From positions 496,001-560,000 of the forward strand of contig OZ218964.1 of assembly GCA_965112735.1 (NCBI GenBank): a DNA stretch of 64,000 nt, read 5' to 3'. The position numbers and the translations under genes were made by a program. Under the pieces are notes generated by a model that was not told where the DNA came from, made no database searches, and was given only the letters and a program-made list of their open reading frames with translations. Every line of letters begins with the position of its first letter. The first letter of the stretch is position 1. Source of the stretch: Phaeosaccion multiseriatum. Its lineage: Eukaryota > Protista > Ochrophyta, other classes. Shown here piece after piece: positions 61,707-64,000 of this stretch.

Positions 61707-62882
61707 AGTGCAAAGAGGGCGGGAAGCGAAGGGAGAAAAGTGAGCAAGCACACATGATACAATGGCAAGCACTCGAGACAAGACCACTCAGCGCCTGCTT
61801 GGGCCTTGGCTAGACCTTCAACACAAGCATACACACGACACGAGCAGCTCAATGTGTGCAGCTCATCGCACCTGAGTGCAGAGGGCGCAAGTGCGCACGG
61901 GCTGGGCCACTCGGCAGCGGCGCACCTTGCCAGAGCTGCTGTCGATGTACAACACCTGATGGAGGGATACGTAGGGGGCATGAGGCCGGGGGGTGTGACG
62001 ACAGGGACCAGGGTACCCACACACACACAGGATGTGGCTTCGCGGGAGAGCAGCCGTCTGACTGGGAGGAACTGAAATTGGAGTGTTTGAACCTTCCCTC
62101 CTCTGCCTCCCCTCAACCCCGACGCCCGACTTGCCTTGTCGCACATGCGGTTTCCCGAGCATACAGCGCACACGCACGCCCCGCAGCGCCTGCAGTGGTG
62201 CCGCCTCCGCACGAAATTGAAACCCTTACTACACACCATGCAGCAGGGCGCTGAGCGGTCAGGCACCCACAGGTGGTTGTTCTTAACCTGGAGGGAGGGC
62301 AGGAGGGCGAGGAAGGGGTGGAGCTACGGTCAGAGCGGGAGAAAGAGCGTTGTAGGGCAGTCGCTCGGTCTGTCGCGAGTGGTGAGGCAGCAAGGGCAAG
62401 AGCCCCTTCTCTCTCTCTCTCTCACCAGTTGGATGTGCCACGTGCTGTGGATGGGGTCTTGGCTGTGGCTGGCGGCGAGAGCAAGAGGCGCGCCGTTTGC
62501 TGCTATCACAGAGACAAGAGCACCGCCGTTGCGCAGGGCAGGGCACGCACGCACACACATACAGCGACACTTACGTAAGAGGGAGGGCATAAGACCAGCA
62601 TGAGCAGACGCTGTGACAACCCGCGACCTCGAGCCTGCCTGCAGAGCGCCAGATCACCGGCCTGCGTACTCCTGCCGGCTTCGGCGTGTCCGTTCCTTAC
62701 CGTCCGCTCCTTGCCCCTGCCCGGGAGGCCCGCCAGCCACCACCATCTTGGCGGAGGGAACGCTGACACCAGGCACTGCGTCGGACAAGTCGTCTTGTAG
62801 AGTCACCTGCCCGTACCAGAGAGAGGGGGGGGGGGTGGGGCGGGGAGAGAGGGGCGCGGGGAGAGAGAAGAGACGGAGAGAA

Positions 62883-62915
<33 letters not shown>

Positions 62916-62931
62916 GAGGGAGGGAGGGAGG

Positions 62932-62990
<59 letters not shown>

Positions 62991-64000
62991 AGGGAGGGAG
63001 GGAGAGACTAGGCTTCAGTCAGGGGAAGACAGGACGTACTGCGTGAGGGCAGAAGGAGCCAAGCAGATAGGCAGGCTCCTAAGTGCGCCATGCCCTTCTC
63101 CCTCCCGTACCTTCTCGGGCTGGCGGCACTTGTGAGTGGCGCTGCAGACCATGTACTGGCAGTGTTGGTGCACGCTCAGGCCGCAGGTGCCGCAGCGCAG
63201 GCCCTGCATAATCACCCCCACGATGAACTTGGAGCACGCGTCGCAGAAGGTGGGCTTTAGGAAGGTTGTGAGGTAGAAGCTGTGCACGCTGCCAAGCGTC
63301 CGCTTAGCGCCGCCGCCGGACGGGGGGTGACCCTGCAAGGGGGGCGGCGAGGAGATTCGGGACCCTACCCCTGCTGCTCCGTAGCCCACAAAGTCTTGAC
63401 TTCCCCCCTCTCCTCCTCCTCCTCCTCCTCCTCCTCCTCCTCCTCCGTAGCCGTTGAAGGCTCTCTGCCCCTGGCCGCCTTCTGCTTCGTCTTCTGCTCC
63501 CACGCCTCCCCACTCGACCTGGTCAGTGGAGGCGTATCCATACCCCAGGGGAGAGGGAGGCCCCTCACGAAAATGCTGCGAGGGTGTCCAAACGCGGCGA
63601 CACAAGAGAAAAGAGAATGTGATAAATAGGGAGGGACAGGTCCAGATGGGGAGTGGCATATGGAAGACGATGCAGAGAGTATGCGAATATACCAAGGGGC
63701 GGATGCGGACACTGGCGTACCTTCCCTTGTTCTTGGCCACAAGGTGGCGCAAGTCCCCCCCCTCCGTAAGGCCCTGCGCGGCTTTCAGCCCCTATTAGAG
63801 AATTCATCTCGTCGAGCACATCATTGCTGGAGCAAGAAGGGGGACAAGAGGGGGGGGGAGCCAGGGTCAAACTACTTTGTACAACGCCCCCCAACGCACA
63901 ATCTCATTTGTTCTCCTGGCGGCCTTACCTTGTGAACAGTGCGCTATTCCCGTTGGCTATGACCGTGTGGGGGCTCGGGACGTTCGTGTCGCTGCCCGCA
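60879..64000 (-). CDS. 3' portion of a C1 (DAG/phorbol-type zinc finger) + FYVE domain protein; 5' end outside window
   Basis: C1: HSFYLTTFLKPTFCDACSKFIVGVIMQGLRCGTCGLSVHQHC (~63160-63290). FYVE: WVPDRSAPCCMVCSKGFNFVRRRHHCRRCGACVCAVCS (~62155-62270). Gly/Gln/Tyr-rich last exon. Confidence 0.85.

Noticed and set aside
1-64000. tRNA/rRNA genes, intact transposases, telomeric arrays
   Set aside because: None recognisable by eye; tRNAscan-SE/Infernal would be needed to exclude small RNAs.

Overview
This window is eukaryotic, GC-rich and intron-dense, with microsatellite-laden introns. It most resembles a photosynthetic stramenopile (ochrophyte) nuclear genome; that is an inference from gene content and an ASAFAP-like plastid presequence. 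Most ORF-track entries are exon fragments or spurious frames. Genes from left to right: the 3' part of an unknown + strand gene; a ~27 kb, ~50-exon giant minus-strand gene (SH3-SH3 ... DUF3638/DUF3645 SF2-helicase-like ATPase ... SH3 ... EF-hands ... Vps62-like); a probably plastid-targeted cytochrome P450; a DHHC palmitoyltransferase; a decayed GST-kappa/DsbA fragment; an FkbM-type methyltransferase-like protein; RPF1; an intronless COG0523/CobW GTPase; an LRR + KAP-family P-loop NTPase; a DUF952 protein; and the 3' part of a C1+FYVE protein. The most striking locus is 52.5-59.3 kb. It holds an NLR-like LRR-KAP NTPase whose LRRs are each one phase-1 exon (69-72 nt) separated by introns that share a conserved sequence. 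An orphan, insertion-disrupted copy of the same intron+exon cassette lies downstream of the gene. This is a candidate exon-shuffling innate-immune receptor system. All exon boundaries were read by eye and need RNA-seq confirmation.
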